Shown one piece after another: positions 20,894 to 33,218 of a stretch of DNA of 47,295 nucleotides. The stretch is from Ectothiorhodospiraceae bacterium (lineage in GTDB: Bacteria; Pseudomonadota; Gammaproteobacteria; Nitrococcales; Aquisalimonadaceae). The DNA lies in NCBI GenBank assembly GCA_007134055.1, contig SLLM01000212.1, positions 1-47,295 on the forward strand. Reading direction: 5' to 3'. A program made the translations under genes and the position numbers. The notes below the pieces were generated by a model. It saw only the letters and a list, made by a program, of their open reading frames with translations, searched no databases and was not told the origin of the DNA. Position 1 is the stretch's first letter. Every line of letters starts with the position of its first letter.

Positions 20894-21823
20894 TCACCGG
20901 CTGCGGAACCAGTCCCGGGCGTCGTCGACATCCCGGGCGATCTGCAGCCGTAGATCCTCCAGCGTCGGGAAATGCACCTGGCCACGCAGCCAATGGCGGA
21001 ACAAGACCCGCAGATGTCTTCCGTAGAGGTCCCCCTTCCAGTCCAGCAGGTGGACCTCGAGCAGCGGCCGCTTGCCGTTCACCGTGGGCCGTGACCCGAG
21101 ACTCGTTACCGCCGGATGCAGGCGGCCGTCCGGCAGCACAACCTCCGCCACCACGATCCCTTCCATCGCCGGGCGGTGGGGCAGGGGCAGGTTGGCCGTT
21201 GGAAAGCCGAGATCCCGACCGATGCGATCGCCACGTATGACCCGCCCGGAAAGCGTGTACGTGCGTCCCAGCAGGAGTTCGGCCTGGGTCAGGTCACCCC
21301 GCGCGAGGGCGTCGCGAATCCAGGTACTGCTCACCCGCTGCCCGTCCTGGTTGACCGTGGGCGTGGCCTCGACGGTGAAGCCGTGGTCACGGCCGGCCTG
21401 CCGGAGCATCGAGGCATCGCCCAGGCGGCCGCGACCGAAGCGGAAGTCATCACCCACCACCAGGTGGCGCACCCCCAGACCGTCCACCAGTACGCGTTGT
21501 ATGAACGTCGCTGCTTCCATGCTGGCCAGGCTGTGGTTGAACGCCAGGCACAGCAACTGATCACAGGCACGCAGTTCGCTCAGGGTAGCGACCTTGTCCC
21601 GCAGGGGGGTCAGCCGACCCGGGGCGCCCGCCGGATCGAAGTACTCCCGGGGATGCGGTTCAAAGCAGATCACCGTGCCAGGGCCACCGAACTCGTCCAC
21701 GCGATCCCGCAGACGGCGCAACATGGCCTGATGCCCCCGATGGACCCCGTCGAAGTTACCGATGGTGGCAACGCCGCCCCGGAACTCGGCAGGCAGCTTG
21801 TCGGGGCTGCGTATCAATCGCAT
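20894..21823 (-). CDS. ribF: Bifunctional riboflavin kinase/FAD synthetase
   Basis: IGNFDGVHRGHQ, VGDDFRFG, GFPTAN and EVHLLD motifs. Confidence 0.96.
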   Translation of the reverse strand: MRLIRSPDKLPAEFRGGVATIGNFDGVHRGHQAMLRRLRDRVDEFGGPGTVICFEPHPREYFDPAGAPGRLTPLRDKVATLSELRACDQLLCLAFNHSLASMEAATFIQRVLVDGLGVRHLVVGDDFRFGRGRLGDASMLRQAGRDHGFTVEATPTVNQDGQRVSSTWIRDALARGDLTQAELLLGRTYTLSGRVIRGDRIGRDLGFPTANLPLPHRPAMEGIVVAEVVLPDGRLHPAVTSLGSRPTVNGKRPLLEVHLLDWKGDLYGRHLRVLFRHWLRGQVHFPTLEDLRLQIARDVDDARDWFRSR

Positions 21824-21854
21824 GATCGCGGGTGTCTCCTTGATGATTCCGTGG

Positions 21855-23417
21855 TCATTCCGTACCCGGCAGGCGGCGTTCCCGGAGTGCCGCCGGCCGC
21901 AGCCCGCTCAGCCACAGGATGGCGACATAGCCACCGACCGCTGCCAGCAACCAGCCCGACAGCCCCGTGACACGCCCGGCTAGATCGTGCTCCAGCCAGA
22001 CCGGGAGCTCGGGCACCAGCACCAGCAACGCGCCGGCCATGATCAGGGCGGCCAGCAGGACCCTCGAGAGCAACGCACCCCATCCGGGCAACGGACGGTA
22101 CACCCCGGAGCGACGCAGGCCCGCGAACAACAGCCCGGCATTGACCGTGGCGGCGATACCGGTAGCCAGGGCCAGCCCCGCGTGGCCGATTGCCGTATCC
22201 CGCAGTGCCAGCACCACGCTGACACTGAGCACCATGTTACAGACCATGCTGACCGCCGCGCACTTCACCGGGGTTACCATGTCCTGCCGGGCAAAGTACC
22301 CCGGGGCGAGCACCTTGACCATGATAAAACCCAGCAGCCCGAGGGAATAGGCGATCAGGCTCAGGGAAGCCGAGCGGGCATCCCCGGGCCCGAACTGGCC
22401 ATACTGGAACAGGGTGGTCATGATCGGGCCCGCCATGACTGCCAGTCCAAGGGCCGCAGGCACCGCGATCAGCACCGCCCATCGCAGCGCCCAGTCCAGG
22501 GTCCGCGCGAACTGTTCCGGCGCATCCCGGGCGTGCTCGCCGGAGAGCCGCGGCAGGATGACCGTCCCCAGGGCGACACCGAAGACTCCCAGCGGGAGTT
22601 CCACCAGCCGGTCGGAATAGTACAGCCAGGTGATGGAGCCGGTAATCAGGAACGACGCCAGAATGGTGTCGACCAGCAGGTTGATCTGGGCCACCGAGGA
22701 TCCGAACAGCGCCGGCAGCATCAGCTTCAGGATCCGCCGCACGCCGGAGTCGCGCCAGCCCCAGCGCGGCAGGGTGAGCATCCCCAGTCGATGCAGGAAC
22801 GGCAGCATCAGCGCCAGCTGCAGTATGCCGGCGACGAACACACCGACCGCCAGGGCCCGGATCGGCTCGGCGAACAGCGGCGCCCACCACCAGGCACTGG
22901 CGATCAGCACGAGGTTGAGGAGTACCGGGGCGAAGGCCGGTGGACCGAAGCGACCGTAAGTGTTGAGCACCCCCTGGGCGCAGGCTACCAGGGAAACGAA
23001 CAGCAGATAGGGAAAGGTGATGCGCAGCATGTCCGCGGTGAGGGCGAACTGTTCCGGATCGGTACGGAACCCGGGGGCGAACACCAGCACAAGCCATTCC
23101 GCCGCCAGGATGGCGAGCACGGTCAGCACCAGCAGGATGACCAGGAGGGTACCCGAGGCCAGTGCCACCAGCCGTCGCACGGCAGCCCGGTCGTGCAGGT
23201 TGCGGTATTCCGAGAGCACCGGCACGAAGGCCTGGGAGAAGGCGCCCTCGGCAAACAGCCGGCGCATGAAATTGGGAATCTTGAAGGCGACAAAGAAGGC
23301 GTCGGTCGCGGCACTGGAGCCGAACACCCCGGCGATGACCACGTCCCGGATCAGGCCAAGGACCCGCGACACCATGGTCAGGGACCCGAACACGGCGGTG
23401 GAGCGCAGCAGACTCAA
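21855..23417 (-). CDS. murJ: Lipid II flippase MurJ (MviN)
   Basis: SRVLGLIRD, PNFMRRLFAEGAFSQAFVP and YYSDRLVELPLG motifs; probable TTG start at 23417. Confidence 0.95.
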   Translation of the reverse strand: MSLLRSTAVFGSLTMVSRVLGLIRDVVIAGVFGSSAATDAFFVAFKIPNFMRRLFAEGAFSQAFVPVLSEYRNLHDRAAVRRLVALASGTLLVILLVLTVLAILAAEWLVLVFAPGFRTDPEQFALTADMLRITFPYLLFVSLVACAQGVLNTYGRFGPPAFAPVLLNLVLIASAWWWAPLFAEPIRALAVGVFVAGILQLALMLPFLHRLGMLTLPRWGWRDSGVRRILKLMLPALFGSSVAQINLLVDTILASFLITGSITWLYYSDRLVELPLGVFGVALGTVILPRLSGEHARDAPEQFARTLDWALRWAVLIAVPAALGLAVMAGPIMTTLFQYGQFGPGDARSASLSLIAYSLGLLGFIMVKVLAPGYFARQDMVTPVKCAAVSMVCNMVLSVSVVLALRDTAIGHAGLALATGIAATVNAGLLFAGLRRSGVYRPLPGWGALLSRVLLAALIMAGALLVLVPELPVWLEHDLAGRVTGLSGWLLAAVGGYVAILWLSGLRPAALRERRLPGTE

Positions 23418-23447
23418 CTCCCCCGCGCTCCCCGGGCCCCGCCTCCC

Positions 23448-23476
23448 TTGACACGGACGCATCGAATCAGCATATT
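23448..23476 (+). promoter_or_regulatory. Sigma70 promoter of rpsT
   Basis: TTGACA-N17-CATATT, 44 bp upstream of the rpsT start. Confidence 0.75.
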
Positions 23477-23520
23477 ACGTGCCCTTTCCGGACATCAGAC
23501 AGTTTCGCAGGAGTCGAGCC

Positions 23521-23781
23521 TTGGCTAATTCCCCGTCCGCCAGGAAACGTGCCCGTCAGGCCGAGAGGCGCCGCCAGCACAACAAGGGCCGCCGGTCCAT
23601 GCTGCGCACCCAGATCAAGCGCGTCGTCAAGGCCGTGAAAGCCGGCGACCGGCAGGGTGCCGAGGAGGCCTACCGTAGTGCCGTGCCGGTCATCGACCGC
23701 ATGGCCACCAAGGGGCTGATTCACAAGAACAAGGCGGCCCGCCACAAGAGCCGGCTGAACGCCCAGATCAACGCCCTCTAG
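23521..23781 (+). CDS. rpsT: 30S ribosomal protein S20
   Basis: TTG start after AGGAG; [12 protein letters not shown]...[13 protein letters not shown]. Confidence 0.97.
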   Translation: MANSPSARKRARQAERRRQHNKGRRSMLRTQIKRVVKAVKAGDRQGAEEAYRSAVPVIDRMATKGLIHKNKAARHKSRLNAQINAL

Positions 23782-23812
23782 GGCCCGCCGACGCTCGCCC
23801 GGGCGCATCGCG

Positions 23813-23846
23813 AAACCACCGCTTCCCCGGGTGTCGGTGGTTTTCT
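23813..23846. terminator. Probable intrinsic terminator between convergent rpsT and proB
   Basis: Inverted repeat AAACCACCG...CGGTGGTTTT. Confidence 0.7.
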
Positions 23847-23867
23847 GTTCGGTGGCTGCCTGGTTCC

Positions 23868-26421
<2,554 letters not shown>

Positions 26422-26447
26422 CTCCGAAAACTCCCGTTTCTGGTCGT

Positions 26448-26762
26448 TCAGCCGGCCTTGATGCCGGTGATCCTGACTTCGGTGTAGGGCTGCCGGTGCC
26501 CGAGCGCGCGCTTGTAGTTCTGCCGGCGCTTGAACTTGATGATCTCGACCTTGCGTCCCCGCCCGGACCCGACGACTTCCGCCTCCACGGACCCGGATTC
26601 GAGCACCGGCGTACCGACCTGCACCTGATCGCCATCGGAGACCATGAGGACCTGATCGAACGCAACGGCGGCGCCATCCTCCGCATCCAGCTTCTCGATC
26701 CTGAGGACATCGCCTTCGGAGACGCGATACTGCTTGCCCCCGGTCTTGATCACGGCATACAT
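26448..26762 (-). CDS. rplU: 50S ribosomal protein L21
   Basis: [14 protein letters not shown]...GHRQPYT; ATG at 26762. Confidence 0.98.
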   Translation of the reverse strand: MYAVIKTGGKQYRVSEGDVLRIEKLDAEDGAAVAFDQVLMVSDGDQVQVGTPVLESGSVEAEVVGSGRGRKVEIIKFKRRQNYKRALGHRQPYTEVRITGIKAG

Positions 26763-26816
26763 GATATGAGTATCTCCGACGATTGACAGTTGCCGAACCG
26801 GCTTCAAAGGCGCGGA

Positions 26817-26845
26817 ATGATAGCCGCTGGCAGCCCGCGGGTCAA
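26817..26845 (-). promoter_or_regulatory. Sigma70 promoter of rplU-rpmA
   Basis: TTGACC-N17-TATCAT on the minus strand. Confidence 0.75.
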
Positions 26846-26957
26846 ACGCCGGCGAGCCACGGCGAGCCGGAACATCGGGAGACAACACGGCCCGGGAGCG
26901 CTACCATGCGGCAGACCGCCGTGGACCCCGGGCCCGGCCGCGACGCAACGCCTGCGC

Positions 26958-26986
26958 TTGACAGCCCCTGGAGGTCGCCATAGTGT
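26958..26986 (+). promoter_or_regulatory. Sigma70 promoter of ispB
   Basis: TTGACA-N17-TAGTGT. Confidence 0.65.
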
Positions 26987-27075
26987 GGCCGCCGGCGGGC
27001 GCTGCGAGCCGGATCCCGGCACCCGCACCGGACACCAACCGCGGCTCCTGGCCCCTCGCGCCACCGGTTCTGCTG

Positions 27076-28044
27076 ATGACGATTGACGATATTCGGGCGC
27101 TGGTCGCCGACGACATGCGGGCTGTAGATCGCCTGATCACCGATCGCCTGCGCTCCGATGTGGCGCTGATCAACCAGCTCGGCGCCTACATTGTCGGTGG
27201 CGGCGGCAAGCGCCTGCGGCCATTGCAGGTGCTGCTGGCCGCCCGCGCCTGTGGGTACCAGGGACAGGCGCACATCCAGCTCGCCGCCGTGGTGGAGTTC
27301 ATCCACACCGCCACCCTCCTCCATGACGATGTGGTGGATGGCTCCGAGCTGCGTCGGGGGCGGGAGACGGCAAACCGGCTCTGGGGCAACGAAGCCAGCG
27401 TGCTGGTGGGCGATTTCCTCTACTCCCGCGCCTTCGAGATGATGGTGGAGGTCGGCTCCATGGACGTCATGGCGGTCATGGCCCGTACAACCAATACCAT
27501 CGCCGAGGGCGAGGTGATGCAGCTGCTGAACGTGAACGACCCGGACACCACCGAAGAGCGGTACATGCACGTGATCTACTGCAAGACCGCCACGCTGTTC
27601 GAGGCCGCTTCACGACTCGGGGCAATACTCTCGGGACTGGAGCCGGAACCACAGGAGCGCATCGCCACCTACGGCCGTCAGCTCGGCACCGCCTTCCAGC
27701 TGGTGGACGACGCTCTGGACTACGCCGGCGACACCGGCGCCACCGGCAAGAACGTGGGCGACGACCTGGCCGAGGGCAAGCCCACCATGCCGCTGATCCA
27801 TGCCATGCGAAACGGGACTCCGGAACAGGCCGCGCTGATCCGCAAAGCCATTGAACACGGGGGCCGCGGGCAGATCGAGGGCATCATGGACGCTATTGAA
27901 AACACCGGGGCGATCACCTATACTCGCGCCCTCGCTCAGCAGGCCGCCTCCGAGGCGGTTGCCAGTCTGCAGAGCCTGCCCGACACGCCTTACCGGCGGG
28001 CCATGGAGCGTCTGGCCCGGTTCAGCGTGGAACGGGCCTACTAG
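27076..28044 (+). CDS. ispB: Octaprenyl diphosphate synthase
   Basis: GGKRLRP, LLHDDVVD, FQLVDDALD and GDDLAEGK motifs; divergent from rplU as is usual. Confidence 0.95.
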   Translation: MTIDDIRALVADDMRAVDRLITDRLRSDVALINQLGAYIVGGGGKRLRPLQVLLAARACGYQGQAHIQLAAVVEFIHTATLLHDDVVDGSELRRGRETANRLWGNEASVLVGDFLYSRAFEMMVEVGSMDVMAVMARTTNTIAEGEVMQLLNVNDPDTTEERYMHVIYCKTATLFEAASRLGAILSGLEPEPQERIATYGRQLGTAFQLVDDALDYAGDTGATGKNVGDDLAEGKPTMPLIHAMRNGTPEQAALIRKAIEHGGRGQIEGIMDAIENTGAITYTRALAQQAASEAVASLQSLPDTPYRRAMERLARFSVERAY

Positions 28045-28054
28045 CAGGACATGT

Positions 28055-28131
<77 letters not shown>

Positions 28132-28141
28132 GTTACCAACC

Positions 28142-28385
28142 TGTCCCTTCCGGACACATGGGTAACAGATCATACCGAGCACGTCGGTAACACTTTTGGG
28201 CCGAAAGGGTTGTCGGCCGGCTCCACGCGATCAGCGTCCTGATCGAAAAACCCCAAGTCATGATCCATGAAGCTGACAAGCCAGATCCCGTCAGCGATCT
28301 CACGAATCCCCACGTACTGTCCGGCCAATACGGTACGCAGGCTGATTCTGCGTCTGCCGATGCAAGACCGCCCGCACTGAGTCAC
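28142..28385 (-). mobile_element. IS481-family transposase C-terminal remnant with its terminal end
   Basis: TQCGRSCIGRRRISLRTVLAGQYVGIREIADGIWLVSFMDHDLGFFD...NPFGPKVLP resembles IS481 C-termini; terminal TGT at 28142; repeated GGTAACA at 28161 and 28186. Confidence 0.8.
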
Positions 28386-29049
28386 CAGAAGGGACTATAC
28401 ACTGAGCCCGAAACGCCTTGGCGCCGCATTGGTGGACGTGGGTGTGCTGGCATCCGAAGTTGGCGAAAAGGAGCTGCGGGACAAGGGCGTTCCCGGTGAG
28501 CGCATCGGTGAATACCTGAGCCGCAACAGGCTGGTCCGTAACGATCAAGTCTACCTCGCGCTGGCGCAGCAGTTCGGGGTGCCATTCGTGAAGCTGCGGG
28601 ATTTCATTGTTGCGCGCGAGACGCTGAAGCTCATCCCCGGTCGCTTTGCCCGTCAACACACGGTGTCGCTGATCACGGTTGATATTGACCGTTTCAAGAT
28701 CGTCAACGACACCTGGAGCCACGCCACCGGCGACACGGTGTTGAAGAACCTTGCACAGGTTGCGGCCGAGGTACTCCGCAAGGATGATCTGTTCGGGCGG
28801 ATCGGCGGCGAGGAGTTCTCCGTGCTGCTGCCGGGGTCCAATCTCGAAGATGCCTCGATCCTGGCCGAGCGGCTACGCTCGCACGTCGAGTCCCAGGCCG
28901 TTGCCCATACCGGCGGCATTATCCGCTACACGATCAGCGCCGGGGTGGTCCTGGCCGGGGACGAGTCACCGGATTCGCTGCTGCAGCGTGCCGATCGCGC
29001 GCTCTATGCAGCGAAGCGGGCCGGGCGCAACCAGGTCGCCCGCGGGTGA
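28381..29049 (+). pseudogene. Chimeric MshEN (PilB/GspE N-terminal) plus GGDEF reading frame, 5' start uncertain
   Basis: In-frame RLGAALVDVGVL...-5 aa-RIGEYL...ALAQQ (28414-28572), then GVPFV..IPGRFARQHTV joined to DIDRFKIVND...RKDDLFGRIGGEEF...ADRALYAAKRAGRN. Confidence 0.7.
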
Positions 29050-29209
29050 CCACGGTCCCGCGTTTCCCCCACGCCGCAACGGAGTCACCCCGGAGCCGCC
29101 CGGCCACCTCTCCAGGTATGCGATCACACGTGTCACCGATGGGATGAGCCACGAAATGCTCCTTGAAGCATCACGGCTCTGTATCCCGGCACGCCGGCAT
29201 AGTAGGCCG

Positions 29210-31681
29210 CTACCTGCCCGTGCCCGCCCCGGCGCGAAACTGCCGAAACTGCCCACGCCGGATGAAACGTTCGAACTCGTCCTTCGGCACAGGCTGGCTG
29301 TACAGGAAGCCCTGGAACGTGGTGCATCCCTCATTGACGAGAAAGGCCCGCACGCGCCTGTTCTCCACTCCCTCGGCGATGACGTTCAGACCAAGGCTCC
29401 TGGCCAGGGCGATAATGGCGCGTACAATGGCGGCGTCGTTGGCGTCATCCAGGACACCGCGCACGAATCGCTGGTCGATCTTGATCTGGTCCAGGGGCAG
29501 ATGCTTGAGGTAGTAGAGAGATGAGTAGCCGGTGCCGAAATCGTCCAGGGAGAAGCTCACACCCCGGTCCTTCAGCGCCTTCATCTTCGAAATCGTATCG
29601 TGCATATCCACCAGCAGCGAACTCTCCGTGAGTTCCAGGAGCAGTTGCCGGGGATCCGTGCCGGTTTCCGCGAGGATCGAAATCACCTCCTGCGCAAAGT
29701 CGGGGTGGTGGAACTGCCGGGCACTCACGTTGACGGCCACGCTCCACTCAGGATCCCGCGCAAATTTCGCCCACGCTGCGATGTCGCGGCAGACTCGCTC
29801 CAGCATCAGGTGTCCCAGACCGAAGATCAGCCCTGACTCCTCCGCAACCGGAATAAACTCCGTGGGCGGGAGGATGCCTGTCACGGGATGGCGCCAGCGG
29901 ACCAGAGCCTCGGCACCGGCGAGTCTTCCGTCCAGGTCCACCTGGGGCTGGTAGAAGGGCTCAAACTCCATCCGCTCAAGCCCCCGGCGTAGCTCGGCCT
30001 CGGTACGCACGCGCAGGTTCACGGCTGCCTGCATGACCGGATCGAAGCGCCGGAGTGTGTTGCGCCCGGATGCCTTGGCCTGGTACATGGCGAGATCGGC
30101 CTGCTTCATGATTTCGTCCACCGTGTCCCCGGGCTTCCCGAAGAGTGTGATGCCGATACTGCACGTCCCCTGGCGCGCGCGTTCCGGAAAGTTGCCGGGC
30201 CGGCTGACAGCCGCGAGGACCTTTTCCGCCATCAGTTCGGCCTGGACCATGGCCTCGTCGGGGTCCGAGTCCAGCTCTCCCAGCACAATGACGTATTCGT
30301 CCCCACCGAAACGGGCTACCGTGTCCGTGGCACGCACACAGGCCGTCAGGCACTCGGCCACCCGTCGCAACAACGCGTCACCCTCGGTGTGACCCAGGGT
30401 ATCGTTGAGGGACTTGAAATGGTCGAGATCGAGAAACAGCACCGCGCCCGCAAGGCCGTGACGCACGCTGGCGGCCAGCTTCTGCTGCAGGCGGTCCATG
30501 AGCAAGCGGCGGTTGGGCAGGCCCGTGAGCGGGTCATAGAACGCCAGGAACTGAATCTCCTCTTCCGTACGCTTGCGTTCGCTGATGTCGCGGAAGAGCA
30601 CCGCAAGTCCTTCCGGCCAGGGGTGGACGCCGACCTCTACCCAGATGTCGAGAGGCTCATAATGGAGTTCGTAATGGACGGGGCGTTGTTCATCCATCGC
30701 TTCCCTGAAGCTGGTTTCCGTCACGGTGCCTGCGAGGTCCGGAAAGACATCCCAGACGGTCCGCCCCATGATCTCGTCACGTGGCTTTTGTAGCAGCCGT
30801 GTGGCTTCCCGGTTGGCGTAGGTGTAGCGGTAATCCCGGTCGATGGTGAGGAAGGCATCCGTCATGGCCTCCATCGCCACGGACAAGCGCCCTTCCAGTT
30901 GCCGGATCTCGGCCTGAGCCTGCTTGCCTTCGGAGATGTCCTGGAATGCACCGCGCACATGCGTGATGCGACCCGAACCGTCTCGTACCGCCTCGCCAAT
31001 GGCCCGTACCCACAAGCGACGACCCTTGGCGGTGATAATCTCCAGCTCCTCGTCGTACGGGACCCCTTCCGTCGCACAGGCGTTGAAGATTGCCAGGATA
31101 CGGTCGCCGTATTCCGGAGCGTAGAAACTGATACCTTCCTCGAGCGACACCTCGGTGCCAGGTGGAAGATCGTGAATTGCGCACACCTCGTCCGACCACT
31201 TGATTCGCCCTGACGCAAGATCCACCACCCATCCCCCCAGCCGGGCAGTGCGGCCAGCGACACGCAACATGATCTCGTTCTCGCGCAGAACCTGCTCGCT
31301 GTGCCGGCGCTCGGTAATATCCTGGGTAATCGCGTAGACGCCGTGAACCTGACCGTCCACCATCAGCGGCATGGCGTTGACCGCGTAGAACCGGCGCTGG
31401 CCGGACTCGTCAACCCAGCTGTGCTCAAACCACTGGGGGTGACCCCGCAGCGCTTTCTCGAAGATCTCCGCCAGTCGCTCACGGTCCTCCGCCGCCACGA
31501 ATTCGCTGTAATGACGCCCGAGCACACGCTCACGGGGCAAGCCCTTCAGCTGGCACGCCTGCTCGTTCGCATCCACATAGAATCCAGCAGCATCAACAAG
31601 ATGGACAGCCTCTGGGTGCCCGTGGAACAGGGCACGATAGGCCTCCGGAATGTGGGAGAAATCGGAAAGCACCCTGGTCAC
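29210..31681 (-). CDS. PAS-PAS-PAS-GGDEF-EAL c-di-GMP signalling protein
   Basis: Three PAS/PAC repeats ending DITE/DISE; YDPLTGLPNR, RATD-x5-GGDEY, EALVRW, DDFGTGYSS and AEGVE motifs. Confidence 0.93.
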   Translation of the reverse strand: MTRVLSDFSHIPEAYRALFHGHPEAVHLVDAAGFYVDANEQACQLKGLPRERVLGRHYSEFVAAEDRERLAEIFEKALRGHPQWFEHSWVDESGQRRFYAVNAMPLMVDGQVHGVYAITQDITERRHSEQVLRENEIMLRVAGRTARLGGWVVDLASGRIKWSDEVCAIHDLPPGTEVSLEEGISFYAPEYGDRILAIFNACATEGVPYDEELEIITAKGRRLWVRAIGEAVRDGSGRITHVRGAFQDISEGKQAQAEIRQLEGRLSVAMEAMTDAFLTIDRDYRYTYANREATRLLQKPRDEIMGRTVWDVFPDLAGTVTETSFREAMDEQRPVHYELHYEPLDIWVEVGVHPWPEGLAVLFRDISERKRTEEEIQFLAFYDPLTGLPNRRLLMDRLQQKLAASVRHGLAGAVLFLDLDHFKSLNDTLGHTEGDALLRRVAECLTACVRATDTVARFGGDEYVIVLGELDSDPDEAMVQAELMAEKVLAAVSRPGNFPERARQGTCSIGITLFGKPGDTVDEIMKQADLAMYQAKASGRNTLRRFDPVMQAAVNLRVRTEAELRRGLERMEFEPFYQPQVDLDGRLAGAEALVRWRHPVTGILPPTEFIPVAEESGLIFGLGHLMLERVCRDIAAWAKFARDPEWSVAVNVSARQFHHPDFAQEVISILAETGTDPRQLLLELTESSLLVDMHDTISKMKALKDRGVSFSLDDFGTGYSSLYYLKHLPLDQIKIDQRFVRGVLDDANDAAIVRAIIALARSLGLNVIAEGVENRRVRAFLVNEGCTTFQGFLYSQPVPKDEFERFIRRGQFRQFRAGAGTGR

Positions 31682-31838
31682 TCCGTACCGTTCGGGAGCC
31701 GGATGTCAGTCCCGCGGCCCGGGCGGCAATGACCGAATCCCCTCCAACTATAGGCAATCTGCGCGAATCCCGGAGCCAGCGCAGGATATTCCGGTCGATC
31801 CGCTGGGCAAGACCATGAAGTGGCGCTTCGGTGCATCC

Positions 31839-31976
31839 CTACGAATGCGCGAAGTGCTTGCCGACCTCGCGGATCACCTCGCGCACGGCCGGTGAAAGGT
31901 CGCTCACGCCTGCAGCCCTGCCGACAGCATCCGGATCCCCGCTCTCGAGCACCTTGTCAAACGCCAGACTTACCAT
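31839..31976 (-). pseudogene. 45-aa internally deleted paralog of the 33548-33781 gene
   Basis: Hand translation MVSLAFDKVLESGDPDAVGRAAGVSDLSPAVREVIREVGKHFAHS*; matches the C-terminal half of the 77-aa protein; no clear RBS. Confidence 0.75.
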
Positions 31977-32155
31977 AATTGCCAGCAGATGGACGACGCG
32001 GCGACTATGCAATGGCCGCCGCGTTCAGGGTAGATAAGGGGGGCGCGCACACCTTTATCGCTGGAGCGCTGACCTGCGTCGCGGAGGAGTCCCGTGGACG
32101 GTGCCATGGTCCCGAACGTGCCAACCGCCCCCGGGAGGGCGCTCACCTCGTCCAG

Positions 32156-32197
32156 TTGATCCCGCTCAAGCGCTGAGGCAGCAAACCATGCTGCAAT
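32156..32197 (+). promoter_or_regulatory. FNR/Anr-type box with class II promoter geometry upstream of the USP gene
   Basis: TTGAT-CCCG-CTCAA (9/10 match to TTGAT-N4-ATCAA); -10-like TGCAAT at 32192-32197 fits a -41.5 site. Confidence 0.6.
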
Positions 32198-32264
32198 GGC
32201 GGGCCAGCAGCAATCGAAAAGGATCATGACCGATCGATACGCTTGCGCCGCACGGAGGTATGCC

Positions 32265-33218
32265 ATGAGCGAACACGTTTCCACCCTGATCGTACCAGTG
32301 GACGGATCCCGGCAGGCGTGCCGCGGCGCCGAGCATGCGGGCGAACTCGCATCACTGCTGGGTGCGCGTCTACAGCTCCTCCACGTGATGCCGGCCGCCC
32401 CGGCGGAGCTCTCGGATCTCCCGGGAAACCGCACTGCGGACACCGACGCGGACCTCGCCGCCCAGCGTCAGGCAGCGGACGATGCCCTGTCCGCTGCAAG
32501 GAGCGCCCTGCAACAGGGCATACGCGATTCCGCAGAGGCGGTCATCCTGGACGACATCGCGCATCACGGCGACCCAACCAGGGTGACGGTGAAGCATGCG
32601 GCAGCCACCAGCGGCGGGATGGTGGTCATGGGTGCCCGTGGCCTCGGCGGACTCAGGAAGCTCTTCCTCGGCAGCGTGAGCGACGCCGTGGTGCACAACG
32701 CGCCCTGCCCCGTCATGGTCGTCCATGACAACGACCACCCGTCGAACCGGACCGGCATCCGCCATGTGCTGCTACCGGTGGACGGCTCCACCGGTAGCGA
32801 CGCCGCGGCCCGCCTTGCCGGACAGATTGCCGGGGCCGCCGGCGCGGCCATCCATCTGCTGTTCGCCTACCCGCGTCATCCGGCGGATGTGCAGGGTGCG
32901 CCTGGCGTCATGGGCGAGGCCGGCGCCTACACGGAGGAGATGGTCGAGTCCTTCATCGAGGCCGGGCGGGAGGAGGCAGCCAACGTCTTTGCACAGGCCC
33001 GTCGCGAGCTTGGCACAACCGGACTGGAAATCAGCGAGCATCAGCTTGCAAGCGGGGCGCCGGCCGTGGCCATTCTGGATTTTGCCTCGGCGCAGACCGA
33101 ACCCGGCATCATTGTCATGGGGCGCCGTGGCGTCAGCCGCTGGCAGGAACGACTGATGGGGAGCGTAAGCCACACGGTAGTCAACAAGGCCTCGTGTCCG
33201 GTTCTGGTGGTGAGCTGA
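32265..33218 (+). CDS. Tandem universal stress protein (two USP domains)
   Basis: Two copies of PVDGS...VMGxRG...LxGSVS..VV..AxCPV; GGAGG RBS. Confidence 0.92.
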   Translation: MSEHVSTLIVPVDGSRQACRGAEHAGELASLLGARLQLLHVMPAAPAELSDLPGNRTADTDADLAAQRQAADDALSAARSALQQGIRDSAEAVILDDIAHHGDPTRVTVKHAAATSGGMVVMGARGLGGLRKLFLGSVSDAVVHNAPCPVMVVHDNDHPSNRTGIRHVLLPVDGSTGSDAAARLAGQIAGAAGAAIHLLFAYPRHPADVQGAPGVMGEAGAYTEEMVESFIEAGREEAANVFAQARRELGTTGLEISEHQLASGAPAVAILDFASAQTEPGIIVMGRRGVSRWQERLMGSVSHTVVNKASCPVLVVS

